Shown here in pieces: positions 29,700 through 39,908 of a stretch of 64,000 bases of DNA. The position numbers and the translations under genes were made by a program. The stretch spans positions 103,697 to 167,696 of the forward strand of contig JAKIZT010000004.1 of the NCBI GenBank assembly GCA_022707885.1, in the 5' to 3' direction. Under the pieces are notes generated by a model. That model was not told where the DNA came from and did not search any database. It saw only the letters and a list, made by a program, of their open reading frames with translations. Within the stretch, counting starts at the first letter, position 1. Each line of letters starts with the position of its first letter. The stretch comes from Caldisericales bacterium. Lineage in GTDB: Bacteria > Caldisericota > Caldisericia > JAAYUI01.

Positions 29700-31199
29700 T
29701 TACTTGCAGAAACTTCCTTTGCACGACAAGGCATACAACAATCCATAATAATCCCTCGTTTTGCCTGGTTTGGGATCAAAACTGTTTCTGTGCACAAAAT
29801 AGATCGTATGTGTTCCAGGGGTCAAGACTATTTGCAAATTGACAATCATTCCTCTCCTCTGCTTGTCTGCTCTGCCAATATAGTAATACGAGGTTTCTGG
29901 CTGGTTCGAATGAGGAGGGTTGCCCAAACCGAAAGTTGGCGACTGGAGCACGAGTTTGGTTGATTGCCCCGGATTGGCAATGCTGATGAATGGGTCAATG
30001 TATATGTCCACATCATCATTTGTGTAGACTGTAAGTTCAGCAGTGCAGTGCTTGTCAACAGTAAATGCCTGCCTGTAGATATTGGTTACGTTTTTTGGAC
30101 AGCTGTTCCAGCCTATATTGCCAGGAGGGAACATCCCGGCCACACCACCAGAGGGAATATGAGTTATCCAGTTGGCACCCATATCATAAAGCTTTCTCCA
30201 TGGTGCCCCCTGAACATCAACACCCCAGGCATCGTTGTCTGCTCTCTCCCATGGGATAACAGTGACAGGTGCCCAATTGCCGCTTACCCACTCAGTGCCC
30301 TTTGGTAACCCAAGAATTTCCCATTTATTGCTTGCTGGGTTATTGCCAGAATCATTATGAACAAGATATTCTGCCGTCTCATTGCTGACAGCACAGGCAC
30401 AATCTCCATTTGTAATGTCCCATCCACATGCAGATTTTTGGCCAGGCAGGGAGAACGTTTCAAGCCCAAAAATCATTCCAAAGAAATTTGAATAAGGATC
30501 TGATCTGTGCACAAAATAAACGCAATGGGCACCAGGATTTATAAGGGGCAAATTTACCACATTTCCAGATTCTTTATCAATCCCGGAGTAGCTTCCAAGG
30601 TAGCTCTTGGAAGTTGAGTTCTTAACAAGGCGGGTTCCCACTGGTGGATCAAGGTAGACATCAACTTCTCCAGAAACCCAGATAGTCAAAAAACCGGAGG
30701 ATTTACTGCTGACCTTAAAAAAATGCCTGTAGTAACTGGGCAGAGTTTGAACTGTACGTTCTGGTGGAAGGGGTTTTCCGGGTTTTATTATATCTGGTGC
30801 GTTGAGCTTTGTTGGCGGAGGATTGTTCCAGGAATAATATGGATTGCACCCATAAACCCATTGTGCTCCTCTTTCATAAAGCTTTAACCACGGCATTACT
30901 GGTCTATTGATGGCATAGCTTGCTTCTTTGCCATCAACAAACTTCACACTCTCCCAAGAACCATACATCCACTGTTCGGCATCCCAGCTCTTATTGAGAA
31001 GCCACTTTGTCTGAGTCGAAAGGTACTCAGTGTCACCACCAGAAACAGCAATCATCTGAGTTCTGTTGTTCCATAATCCGCCATCATTTGTCGGAGGAGA
31101 GATGATATCTTTTTTATCAATCAAACCCGCTGTTTGGGCAGTTGAACAGGAGCATAAAGCCATGATAGCAATCAGGACAATAACCTTGATATGGTTCAT
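29700..31199 (-). CDS. Lipoprotein with two internally repeated galactose-binding-like (jelly-roll) domains
   Basis: Lipobox IMALCSC; two copies of EYL...PWxKLYxxGAxW...YRxxFxV...VDxYxDP...PGxHxxYFVHR...Y/FGxxxxL. Confidence 0.65.
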   Translation of the reverse strand: MNHIKVIVLIAIMALCSCSTAQTAGLIDKKDIISPPTNDGGLWNNRTQMIAVSGGDTEYLSTQTKWLLNKSWDAEQWMYGSWESVKFVDGKEASYAINRPVMPWLKLYERGAQWVYGCNPYYSWNNPPPTKLNAPDIIKPGKPLPPERTVQTLPSYYRHFFKVSSKSSGFLTIWVSGEVDVYLDPPVGTRLVKNSTSKSYLGSYSGIDKESGNVVNLPLINPGAHCVYFVHRSDPYSNFFGMIFGLETFSLPGQKSACGWDITNGDCACAVSNETAEYLVHNDSGNNPASNKWEILGLPKGTEWVSGNWAPVTVIPWERADNDAWGVDVQGAPWRKLYDMGANWITHIPSGGVAGMFPPGNIGWNSCPKNVTNIYRQAFTVDKHCTAELTVYTNDDVDIYIDPFISIANPGQSTKLVLQSPTFGLGNPPHSNQPETSYYYIGRADKQRRGMIVNLQIVLTPGTHTIYFVHRNSFDPKPGKTRDYYGLLYALSCKGSFCK

Positions 31200-31309
31200 A
31201 TAACCACCTTCCCAATACTCTCTATTATATGAAAACTAATCTAAAATTTAATCATGTTAAATCAAGTTGTTAAAAAGGCGAAAAGAAAGAAAAATATTAT
31301 CAAAATATA

Positions 31310-31339
31310 AAAAGCCCCCACTTCTAAGTGGGGGCTTTT
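31310..31339 (-). terminator. Intrinsic terminator after pruA
   Basis: AAAAGCCCCCACTT-CT-AAGTGGGGGCTTTT. Confidence 0.8.
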
Positions 31340-31359
31340 AAAATGATTGTTGTTCCTTG

Positions 31360-32952
31360 CTATTTTATTCCAAGATATTTGGCAAACTGGTCAGAATCGA
31401 GCCTTTCCGAGCAGGACTTGCCCTGCATAAAGAGGTAGAGGTAGTCGAATGCACCAGCTTTTGAATCAGTACCTGACATATTGAAACCACCAAACGGTTG
31501 TGAACCAACAAGGGCTCCAGTGCACTTCCTGTTGAGATAAAGGTTGCCAACATGGAATTCTCTTCTGGCTCTCTCAAGATTTTTGCCAGAATCAGACAGA
31601 AGAGCACCAGTGAGTCCATATATTGTTCCGTTTGCATAATCAAGTGCTTCGTCAAATGATTTTGCTCTCGAGATCGAAAGCACTGGCCCAAAAATTTCTT
31701 CCTGGGAAATCCTGGCTGTTGGGCTTACATCACCAAAAACCGTTGGCTGGATAAAATATCCAGTGCTGTCATCACAGGTACCACCGGTAAGCAGTTTGCC
31801 TTCGCCCTTGCCTATTTCGATATACCCCTTGATTGTAGAGAATGCCTGTGCCGAGGAAACTGGTCCCATGCCAAAAGAGGCATCTCTGGTGTCTCCGACC
31901 TTTATTGTCTTTGCTTTTTCCACAATCCGGCCAACTATATCGTCATACTGGTCACCGACTATGATAAGCCTTGAGCAGGCAGAACACTTTTGACCCTGGA
32001 AACCAAATGCTGCAGCGACAGTTTCTGCGGCTGCAAAATAAGGCTTGCTGTAGTTGTCATCTATGATCATACAGTCTTTGCCACCCATCTCGGCAACGAC
32101 CCTCTTGAGCCAAATCTGGCCCTTGTTGACTTTTGAAGCCCTCTCGTAAATCCTTTTGCCAACATCCATGGACCCAGTAAAGCTGATGAAACGGGTGAGT
32201 GGATGGTCAACAAGATAGTCTCCAACTTCACTGCCTGGTCCTGGAAGGAAATTGATGACGCCATCTGGAATACCAGCTTCTTTCATTACCTCCATGAATT
32301 TCGCACCGATGATTGGGGTGACTGAAGCCGGTTTCAGGACAACTGTATTTCCTGTGACAACAGCTGCAACAGTCATTCCAGTCAAAATTGCAAGCGGGAA
32401 ATTCCACGGTGGTATCACAACACCAACACCAAGCGGGATATGCCAGTATTGATTGTCCTCACCAGGGATTGAAGGGATATTATATGGAACAGAGATATTT
32501 TCCATCAGTCTTCCATAATATTCCAGGAAATCTATTGCCTCTGCAGTATCAGCGATGGCCTCAATCCAGCTCTTGCCAACTTCATAAACCATCCATGCAG
32601 AAAGCTCCAGTTTCCTTCTTCTCATGATGCTGGCGGCTCTGTAAAGGTATCTGGCACGTTCATGCGGGTCGGTAAAACGCCAATACTCCATAAAAGTCTT
32701 GTGAGCGGTCTGTAAAGCCTCCTCAGCTAATTGGCTGGTACCTTTGCTTGCCGTTCCCACAATCTCGTTGTGCTTTGATGGATTGTTTGATTTAATCACA
32801 TCGCTGGTCTTGATGTTCCTTCCACCGATTATGATGTCATAATGCTTGCCAAGATTTTTACCAACAAAATCAATAGCATCTTGCATCATTTTTTTCTGTT
32901 CGGGGTTGGACAAATTAAGAAGATACGGTTCAGATACAAACTGCTGTCTCAT
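31360..32952 (-). CDS. pruA: L-glutamate gamma-semialdehyde (P5C) dehydrogenase
   Basis: PPWNFPLAI, FISFTGS, AEMGGKD, FGFQGQKCSACSR, EEIFGPV, NRKCTGALVGSQPFGGFNMSGTDSKAG. Start at MRQQF with AAAGGAG SD (track 33045). Confidence 0.95.
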   Translation of the reverse strand: MRQQFVSEPYLLNLSNPEQKKMMQDAIDFVGKNLGKHYDIIIGGRNIKTSDVIKSNNPSKHNEIVGTASKGTSQLAEEALQTAHKTFMEYWRFTDPHERARYLYRAASIMRRRKLELSAWMVYEVGKSWIEAIADTAEAIDFLEYYGRLMENISVPYNIPSIPGEDNQYWHIPLGVGVVIPPWNFPLAILTGMTVAAVVTGNTVVLKPASVTPIIGAKFMEVMKEAGIPDGVINFLPGPGSEVGDYLVDHPLTRFISFTGSMDVGKRIYERASKVNKGQIWLKRVVAEMGGKDCMIIDDNYSKPYFAAAETVAAAFGFQGQKCSACSRLIIVGDQYDDIVGRIVEKAKTIKVGDTRDASFGMGPVSSAQAFSTIKGYIEIGKGEGKLLTGGTCDDSTGYFIQPTVFGDVSPTARISQEEIFGPVLSISRAKSFDEALDYANGTIYGLTGALLSDSGKNLERARREFHVGNLYLNRKCTGALVGSQPFGGFNMSGTDSKAGAFDYLYLFMQGKSCSERLDSDQFAKYLGIK

Positions 32953-33198
32953 GTGGCTCCTTTCAGGTGCTTGTTGACAACCAACATTATATATATGAAA
33001 AAAGGTTAAATCCAGTATTGATGACATAAACTCGTGCACAAGCACAACAAATGAAAAAAACGCCTGATACGAGATTGTGGGTAAGAATACAAATCGAAGA
33101 AATTACTGGCAAGCAGCCCAAAAATCGCAAAATATAAGGGAATAATTCTTGAAATGGCCTTTTCCCATCAATATGCTCTCTTGGTGAGGTGGTGAAAC

Positions 33199-33378
33199 AT
33201 GAGCTTTGGTGCCAAAGAAATTATAGTAATACTGATCGTCGGATTGATCCTTTTTGGATCAAGCAAAATACCGGAGTTTGCAAGATCCTTGCGAAAAGGA
33301 ATTGAAGAATTCAAGAAAACCGGCGAAGAATTATCAAAAGGGATTGAAACAAAAAACGACGAGCAAGCCAAAAAGTAG
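33199..33378 (+). CDS. tatA: Twin-arginine translocase subunit TatA/E
   Basis: MSFGAKEIIVILIVGLILFGSSKIPEFARSLRKGIEEFKK...; 59 aa, below the ORF-track cutoff; directly upstream of tatC. Confidence 0.92.
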   Translation: MSFGAKEIIVILIVGLILFGSSKIPEFARSLRKGIEEFKKTGEELSKGIETKNDEQAKK

Positions 33379-33384
33379 GCGCAC

Positions 33385-34146
33385 TTGTTGAACGACAAGC
33401 CAAAACCTGTCCTTGAGCATATTGAGGAGCTCAGGAAGAGGCTCATCTACTCTTTGCTCTTTGTGTTGATTTTTTCAGTTGTCTGCTGGATATATTCGGA
33501 CCAAATAATTGCCTGGTTGACTGGCCCGGTACCTTTTCTTGATGTCCCACCAATCCAGCTCCACTTCACAGATGTCACAGAAGCTTTCGGCGCTAAATTC
33601 ATGATCTCGGTCATTGGTGGCATCATAATTGCTTTCCCATTCCTGATATACCACGTGTGCATGTACATCCTCCCTGGAATGAAAAAAAATGAACGGAAAG
33701 CCTTTTTTGCATATCTCCCATCAATGATCTTGCTCTTTATTGCTGGTGCAGCATTTGCCATTTGGCCAATAGTTCCCATCGCAAGAAAATTCTTCGTCGA
33801 TTATGGCGGCCAAAACATGGTCCCAATTATCACAGTATCTTCCTATATCGATTTTGTAACATTGCTCACTCTTGGAATGGGGATTGTCTTTCTGCTCCCT
33901 GTCGTTGTGATGTTCATTACTTCAATAGGCTTTGTTTCACCATATACGCTGGCAAAAGGCAGAAAAGGCGTGTGGCTAGGGATTCTGATCGCTGCTGCTG
34001 CCATTGCACCAAATGATGGGCTATCAATGTTAATAATAGCTTTGCCGGTTGTCATTCTTTTTGAAATTTCGCTGTTTCTTTCTAAAATCAAATGGAGAAG
34101 ACGCCAAAAAATTGAGTCAGAATCGGTTAAAACTCCATATCAATAA
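33385..34146 (+). CDS. tatC: Twin-arginine translocase subunit TatC
   Basis: HIEELRKRLIYS, TEAF, ILPGMKKNE, ILFEISL. Confidence 0.94.
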   Translation: MLNDKPKPVLEHIEELRKRLIYSLLFVLIFSVVCWIYSDQIIAWLTGPVPFLDVPPIQLHFTDVTEAFGAKFMISVIGGIIIAFPFLIYHVCMYILPGMKKNERKAFFAYLPSMILLFIAGAAFAIWPIVPIARKFFVDYGGQNMVPIITVSSYIDFVTLLTLGMGIVFLLPVVVMFITSIGFVSPYTLAKGRKGVWLGILIAAAAIAPNDGLSMLIIALPVVILFEISLFLSKIKWRRRQKIESESVKTPYQ

Positions 34147-36304
34147 TTATTGATTTTGCAACAGAAATCCACCTCACTGTTGCCCCAAGTGATTCTGCAA
34201 CAGAGCGGAGCGGTACGAGCGTTCTCCCATTTCTTATCAGTGGGCCAACATCTATTTTGACCACCTTGTTGTCAAATTCTGCCTTATCTTCTCCAATCCA
34301 GTATTTCAGGATTTTCCCCTTGCGGCTTATCTCCACTTTTTTCTCTGTCGCATTCCAGTCTACCTTGCATCCGAAGGTTTCTGCAATAAATCTAATCGGG
34401 ACAAGTGTTCTCCCTTTATAAACTTCCGCAGGCACATCAAGCGTGACCTTGCCATTATTTATTAATGCTTCATTTGAACCAGGCTCCATCTGTATCCGGA
34501 GCCTGGGATCAGTCACAAAATCAAGTGAAAGCTCATCTTCCCATGACGACATACCCCCGTTTCTTTCCGGGCATGTGTTGCACGTTATCTTTATCGGCAC
34601 AGAAAAATCAGAGCCTCCAGGGAGGTCCATGCAGTTAAAGCTGAAAGAAAAGGAGGTTGTTCCATTCTCCTGATATTTTCCGCTCTGGCCATCAACCTTC
34701 AACCAGTCTGGTTTGTCTATATCCAGTCTGATGTATCTGTCTTCGCCATCGGTTGAATTGACCCGAACTTCAAACTGACCCTGAGAGGAGCGTGGGAAAT
34801 ATGGTGCATCAGATGGATTGACCACAACATCAAAACATGGCTCACAGGTCTGGCATTTTTTTTGTTGGCTCACAACATCCACCGTGAAAAAAACCAGAAC
34901 CCACCCGGATATTCCCGGTTCATCATATTGCCCGTCACCCCCCATGACAGGACAACCGGGCTCAATTGCAACGCCAAACTTTTGCTTGCCATCACAAAAA
35001 GAAGGATCAGAAGGATCGATGATCATTGTATATTTATAACCCCTTCTCATGCCTTCAGAAAATGTCTTCCCACCAATAAAACTTACCGATTTGCATCTGC
35101 TGCCAGCTTCAAAGGGCATCCCCTCAAATTTTGGCGGTGGCAACCTGCCGTCTTTTCTTCCAAAAAGAAGTGTAAATGAGAACCTTCTTGTGCCATCTGA
35201 TGCGACAATTGTTCCGAGGTCCCTGTTTTCAAGGACTTCCACATACGGACACTCATCCCAGCAAAACAACTGGCCATCAGAGGTCACATAAGAGATCCTG
35301 CCATCTTCTATCAAGACAGACGATCTTGTTGCATGGATCAGCTTTCTTTTCCACACCACGGAGCCTTCAGGATCAATTCCCCAAAAGATTTTGCTTCCAT
35401 CAATAAAATAAATGCTTCGGCCATCAGTTGCCAATGGCCAGGAAACCGGGCCAAAACCTTCCTTCTTCCATTCCTGCCTGCCAGTTTCGACATCAACTGA
35501 ATACAAAATGCCTGATTCATCTGCAAAGATACATTTGCCCTCAATCAATACTGGGTTTGAGCGGATAGGCGCCTCTGCAATGTAACGCCAGAGCAACGAT
35601 CCATCTTCAGCATTGAGACAATACAGAACATGATCCAGGGAACCAGCAATGATTTTTTGTCCAGAAACCAGAGGTTGTGTCTCAACCCAGCCACCAGTTT
35701 CAAAAGACCAGATTGTTTTTCCTTCCGGAACGGAAATGCGCCTGATTCTATTGTCATCACCACCAAAAACAACTGATCCGGCATAAATCGCAGGCGTTCC
35801 CCAGATGGGGGATTTTGAATCAAACCTGAAAACAAGAGAACCATCTGTGGCGTTCAGGCAATAGAGATTGCCATCAGAACACCCAAAAATGATCTTTCCG
35901 TCAAAAAGCACTGGCATTCCGTATATCGCATTGCCAGCCCTGAAGCTCCAGACAATTTTTTTGCCAAGCAAATCAACAAGCGCGAGTGTTCCAGCTTTGG
36001 TCCCGACAAAACAGCTGGCATTATAAACGAGCGGCGAGCTTGCAATATCGGCACCATCAATTTCAAGCTCGAATTTTTTCATGCCTGCTTTGATATAGAC
36101 AAGTTTCCCGCTGGCATTTCCAACAAGGTAGCCGGAATCAAACGGCGCAGGTGGATAGACTGAAAGGTAGCTCCCACCAACAGAACATTTTGATGCAACC
36201 TGAAAAGGTGGTGTGGCAGATGATTTTGCATCGCCAGAAACAGGCAGAACAGCCTGAAAAGAAAAAATAAATGTCAGGGCAACCAAAAATGAAATTTTCT
36301 TCAC
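34127..36304 (-). CDS. PQQ/BamB-like beta-propeller surface protein with C-terminal stalk domain
   Basis: Signal peptide; WSFRAGNAIYGMP, WSFETGGWVETQP blades; GRTLVPIRFIAETFGCKVDWN; GRTLVPLRSVAESLGA. Confidence 0.85.
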   Translation of the reverse strand: MKKISFLVALTFIFSFQAVLPVSGDAKSSATPPFQVASKCSVGGSYLSVYPPAPFDSGYLVGNASGKLVYIKAGMKKFELEIDGADIASSPLVYNASCFVGTKAGTLALVDLLGKKIVWSFRAGNAIYGMPVLFDGKIIFGCSDGNLYCLNATDGSLVFRFDSKSPIWGTPAIYAGSVVFGGDDNRIRRISVPEGKTIWSFETGGWVETQPLVSGQKIIAGSLDHVLYCLNAEDGSLLWRYIAEAPIRSNPVLIEGKCIFADESGILYSVDVETGRQEWKKEGFGPVSWPLATDGRSIYFIDGSKIFWGIDPEGSVVWKRKLIHATRSSVLIEDGRISYVTSDGQLFCWDECPYVEVLENRDLGTIVASDGTRRFSFTLLFGRKDGRLPPPKFEGMPFEAGSRCKSVSFIGGKTFSEGMRRGYKYTMIIDPSDPSFCDGKQKFGVAIEPGCPVMGGDGQYDEPGISGWVLVFFTVDVVSQQKKCQTCEPCFDVVVNPSDAPYFPRSSQGQFEVRVNSTDGEDRYIRLDIDKPDWLKVDGQSGKYQENGTTSFSFSFNCMDLPGGSDFSVPIKITCNTCPERNGGMSSWEDELSLDFVTDPRLRIQMEPGSNEALINNGKVTLDVPAEVYKGRTLVPIRFIAETFGCKVDWNATEKKVEISRKGKILKYWIGEDKAEFDNKVVKIDVGPLIRNGRTLVPLRSVAESLGATVRWISVAKSIIIDMEF

Positions 36305-36400
36305 ACTTCAAATACGTCAAAAAACCGAACATAGTTTCAAGTCAGTTTCTCACCGGCTTAACAACAGATTGACAAGAGTGTCCCAAAGATTATCGTTGAA

Positions 36401-36928
36401 TTGTTGAGGAAAAAACTTCTACTTTTGGTTGTCCTGGGAGCGGGAACAGTTGTCGCACAAATAATTGTTGCCCTGTTTTATTCGGGAAACGGCGAGAATC
36501 TCTGGCAAATTCTGGGGTTCGGAAATTTATTTGTGCTTATTGCCTGCTTTGCGGCATTTTCCAGGAACAAATTGCATGTATTGCCATTGCTTGGGCTGGT
36601 AATTGGAATTTCGGGCCCTGTTTTTGGTTTGATCTGGACAGGAAGAGGCATTGCCGGACAGGCGGTTTCATATTCACTCTCATATCTTTGTTTTTCAATG
36701 CATTGCATTTTCCAGAGAGAAAAACCCCTGACATATTTCGGATGGCCTCTTCTGCTGTGTTCTTTCTTGCTTTGGTCTTTCCATGTTTTTCTGGCAAATG
36801 CCGGATCAGATCTTCCACCATTTGACATAATTGCATTCTTCTTCAGCCTGCTGATGCTTTTGGTGGCATCAAGCATTCTGCTGATCATCATTTTTGAAAA
36901 AAATACAATACAGGAGGATATTTCATGA
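36401..36928 (+). CDS. Hypothetical membrane protein (about 6 TM)
   Basis: TTG start, hydrophobic throughout; coupled to the next gene. Confidence 0.65.
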   Translation: MLRKKLLLLVVLGAGTVVAQIIVALFYSGNGENLWQILGFGNLFVLIACFAAFSRNKLHVLPLLGLVIGISGPVFGLIWTGRGIAGQAVSYSLSYLCFSMHCIFQREKPLTYFGWPLLLCSFLLWSFHVFLANAGSDLPPFDIIAFFFSLLMLLVASSILLIIIFEKNTIQEDIS

Positions 36929-37518
36929 ACCAGATTCTGAAGAGCAAGTTTAATGCGTGGGGATTTTTTATTGTGGCATGCGTGTGGGTATTGATAATGA
37001 TTTGTAGTTTTATGTTTTCCATTCTGGACATCAATGCTGGTGTGCTATCCCCAATAATAAGGATGTTGACGGTTGGGACAGGAATGGTAATGACTTTCTT
37101 CTTTTTTTCCATCTCAAGGTCAGAGCCTGGACTCGCAGCAATTGGTTTGGTACTAGGAACAATTGGAGCAATGGTCCAAACATTCCCAATGCAGAGTGGG
37201 CTTTCTGAAATTATGGGTTTCATTATTGGAATAAGCTACATCTTTTTTGCCTTTGCAATCTTGAAGCAGGAATCAAAAACGGCAAGCTGGTTAGGCTGGG
37301 CAATGATTCTTTCGGGTATCATAAAACTGTCTTCAATTGGAGCAGTCACCAATATGATGGATGGCGAGATCGGCAATATAATGGTTTTCCTTACAATAAC
37401 AGTCCTTTTTGAAATCCTTGTCGCACTTGCAGCAATCTACTACATCATAGTTGAGGGCAATCTGTTCGAAGGGAATACAACACCGAAAACAATCAATGCT
37501 CCAGAAAATTTGAACTGA
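36925..37518 (+). CDS. Hypothetical membrane protein (about 6 TM)
   Basis: AGGAGG SD, ATGA overlap with the previous gene, hydrophobic helices. Confidence 0.7.
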   Translation: MNQILKSKFNAWGFFIVACVWVLIMICSFMFSILDINAGVLSPIIRMLTVGTGMVMTFFFFSISRSEPGLAAIGLVLGTIGAMVQTFPMQSGLSEIMGFIIGISYIFFAFAILKQESKTASWLGWAMILSGIIKLSSIGAVTNMMDGEIGNIMVFLTITVLFEILVALAAIYYIIVEGNLFEGNTTPKTINAPENLN

Positions 37519-37534
37519 AACTAAACGGTATCAA

Positions 37535-37580
37535 AAAGAGAGGTTGCATGTCTTGAGTAAAACAGATGCAACCTCTCTTT
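37535..37580 (+). terminator. 15-bp-arm inverted repeat, probable terminator
   Basis: AAAGAGAGGTTGCAT-16 nt-ATGCAACCTCTCTTT just after the 37518 stop. Confidence 0.65.
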
Positions 37581-37659
37581 CAAAAAAAATAAACTCCAAT
37601 CAGACCTAATTTTGCGCCAATAGTTTCAAAAACTGGCAAAAACCCATATATTTGAAACC

Positions 37660-38349
37660 ATGGAAGAAGGACAAAGGGACATTCTGGAATGTGCCAGATA
37701 TCTGGCCTCAAGGGGATGGGCAGAAGCTGGTGCAGGAAATATAAGCATCAGAACAAAACAAATTGGCATTCACAACACAAACGCAATACCGATCAACTAT
37801 CCGGCAAAGCCCAGTTTGGCAATTTATGCCACAAGGTCAGGCTCAAACTTCAGATTGATGGCTGAAGATGACGTATCATCAGTTGTGGTGGGCGAGGACG
37901 GGCAAAGCATAGCCCATGATTTCAAACATGGGAAACCAACCAGCGAACTCTCTACGCACCTTCTTCTACAAAGTCATTTTGCCGACAAAAACAGTCTGGC
38001 GATCATACACGCCCATCTGACAAACCTTGTTGCCGCAACACATGTTTTCAGATCAGAGCAGGAGCTCAATGAAGCTGTCTTTTGCCATACCGAAATGCCC
38101 CTTCTTGTCCCTGGTGGAATAGGTCTTGTGCCTGTGATCACCCCTGGCTCAGTCGAGATAGCACAGGCAACGCTGGAAAAAATCAAACAGGGAAAAACAT
38201 GTGTCGCATGGGCTTGCCATGGAATAGTGGCCATCGCTGAAAACCTTCTTGGGGCAACAAATATCATTGAGGCAGTGGAAAAAGCTTGCGAGATTGCATT
38301 AAAAGTAAAATCTGCCGGCGGGAAAACCATTTTTGTGGGACAATCGTGA
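37660..38349 (+). CDS. Class II aldolase/adducin family protein (RhaD-like)
   Basis: GWAEAGAGNIS, PTSELSTH, IIHAH, WACHG zinc ligands. Confidence 0.85.
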   Translation: MEEGQRDILECARYLASRGWAEAGAGNISIRTKQIGIHNTNAIPINYPAKPSLAIYATRSGSNFRLMAEDDVSSVVVGEDGQSIAHDFKHGKPTSELSTHLLLQSHFADKNSLAIIHAHLTNLVAATHVFRSEQELNEAVFCHTEMPLLVPGGIGLVPVITPGSVEIAQATLEKIKQGKTCVAWACHGIVAIAENLLGATNIIEAVEKACEIALKVKSAGGKTIFVGQS

Positions 38350-38363
38350 CTGGAGAAAAAAGA

Positions 38364-38450
38364 TGGTGCCGAAGAAGGGACTTGAACCCCCACCCCGTTG
38401 CCAGGACATGGACCTGAACCATGCGCGTCTGCCAATTCCGCCACTTCGGC
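38364..38450 (-). tRNA. tRNA-Leu(CAG), CCA encoded
   Basis: Reverse complement GCCGAAGTGGCGGAATTGGCAGACGCGCATGG-TTCAGGT-CCATG...GGTTCAAGTCC-CTTCTTCGGCACCA; long variable arm. Confidence 0.95.
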
Positions 38451-38639
38451 AACCTTTATGAGGTTATACAAAACCACATCTGTCAAGTCAAGGAGAACCT
38501 TGGTTTTTTTATCGTGCAATGGCTCTGATTCATGCCAGTAGCAAAAACTGACTTTTTGAGTGGTGTTTTGCGTACTCAAAGTTGAGTTTTTTGGGAACTC
38601 CTGCAATATTGTTTGTGTAAAAACAAAGGAGAGTAAAAA

Positions 38640-39908
38640 ATGAACAGGATTGAAGATGTATATGCAAGGCAAATACTCGATTCCAGGGGCAACCCGACAG
38701 TTGAAGTAGACTGCAAGACAGATGATGGTATCCTCGCCAGAGCGGCCGTACCATCCGGTGCTTCAACCGGAATCAGGGAGGCGCTGGAGCTTCGTGACCA
38801 GGACCCGAAAAACTACAAAGGCAAATCAGTCGAGAAAGCTGTTTTGAATGTCAATGAAACAATCTCGGCAGAACTTTATGACCATGATGTCCTCGACCAG
38901 AGGGGGGTAGATTCCCTCATGAACGAACTGGATGGGACAGACAACAAAAGTGACATGGGTGCAAACGCCATACTGGCAGTTTCGATGGCAGTGGCAAGGG
39001 CTGGAGCCGCAACATGTGATGTCCCTCTTTACCGCTACCTTGGTGGTGCGATGGCCAACAGGCTCCCCGTTCCATTCATGAACGTGATAAATGGTGGCGT
39101 ACACGCAGACAACAATCTTGATCTGCAGGAATTCATGATTGCCCCTTCCGGTGCCACAAGCTTCTCAGAGGCACTCAGAATGGGCACTGAAATCTATCAT
39201 ACCTTGAAAGCGATCCTCAAGAAGAACGGCCTTTCAACAGCTGTTGGTGATGAGGGTGGTTTCGCGCCAAATCTCAAAAATCATGAGGAAGCACTAAAAG
39301 TGCTGGTCCAGGCCATCACGGAAGCAGGCTATGTTCCCGGCAAAGATTGCTCGATAGCAATGGATGCTGCTTCATCTTCAATCTACAAAGATGGCAAGTA
39401 TGGATTCGAGGGCAAGCAGCTGAGCAATGCAGAACTGAATTCATGGTATATGGAAATGGTTTCAAAATATCCGATCATTTCTATTGAAGACGGCATGGCA
39501 GAAGAGGACAGGGATGGTTGGAAGATGCACACCGAATCACTCGGAGGAAAAATCCAGCTGGTTGGCGACGATGTATTTGTGACAAATCCAGCGATCTTTG
39601 CTGAAGGAATAAAAAATGGCATCGCCAATGCTATTTTGATAAAACTCAATCAGGTTGGAAGTGTCAAAGAGACTTGGGACACGATTGAATTGGCCAGAAG
39701 GAATGGCTATGGTTACATGATCTCGCACAGATCAGGTGAAACAGCCGATTCTTTCATCGCCCATTTGGCTGTGGCATCATCTTCAGGCCAGATAAAAACA
39801 GGTGCCCCATGCAGATCTGAAAGGGTCGAGAAATACAATGAACTCCTGAGGATCGAAGAAGAACTTGGGCAATCAGCCATCTATGGCCTGCCCGAAAAGG
39901 AGAGGTAA
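38640..39908 (+). CDS. eno: Enolase
   Basis: [45 protein letters not shown]. Confidence 0.98.
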   Translation: MNRIEDVYARQILDSRGNPTVEVDCKTDDGILARAAVPSGASTGIREALELRDQDPKNYKGKSVEKAVLNVNETISAELYDHDVLDQRGVDSLMNELDGTDNKSDMGANAILAVSMAVARAGAATCDVPLYRYLGGAMANRLPVPFMNVINGGVHADNNLDLQEFMIAPSGATSFSEALRMGTEIYHTLKAILKKNGLSTAVGDEGGFAPNLKNHEEALKVLVQAITEAGYVPGKDCSIAMDAASSSIYKDGKYGFEGKQLSNAELNSWYMEMVSKYPIISIEDGMAEEDRDGWKMHTESLGGKIQLVGDDVFVTNPAIFAEGIKNGIANAILIKLNQVGSVKETWDTIELARRNGYGYMISHRSGETADSFIAHLAVASSSGQIKTGAPCRSERVEKYNELLRIEEELGQSAIYGLPEKER

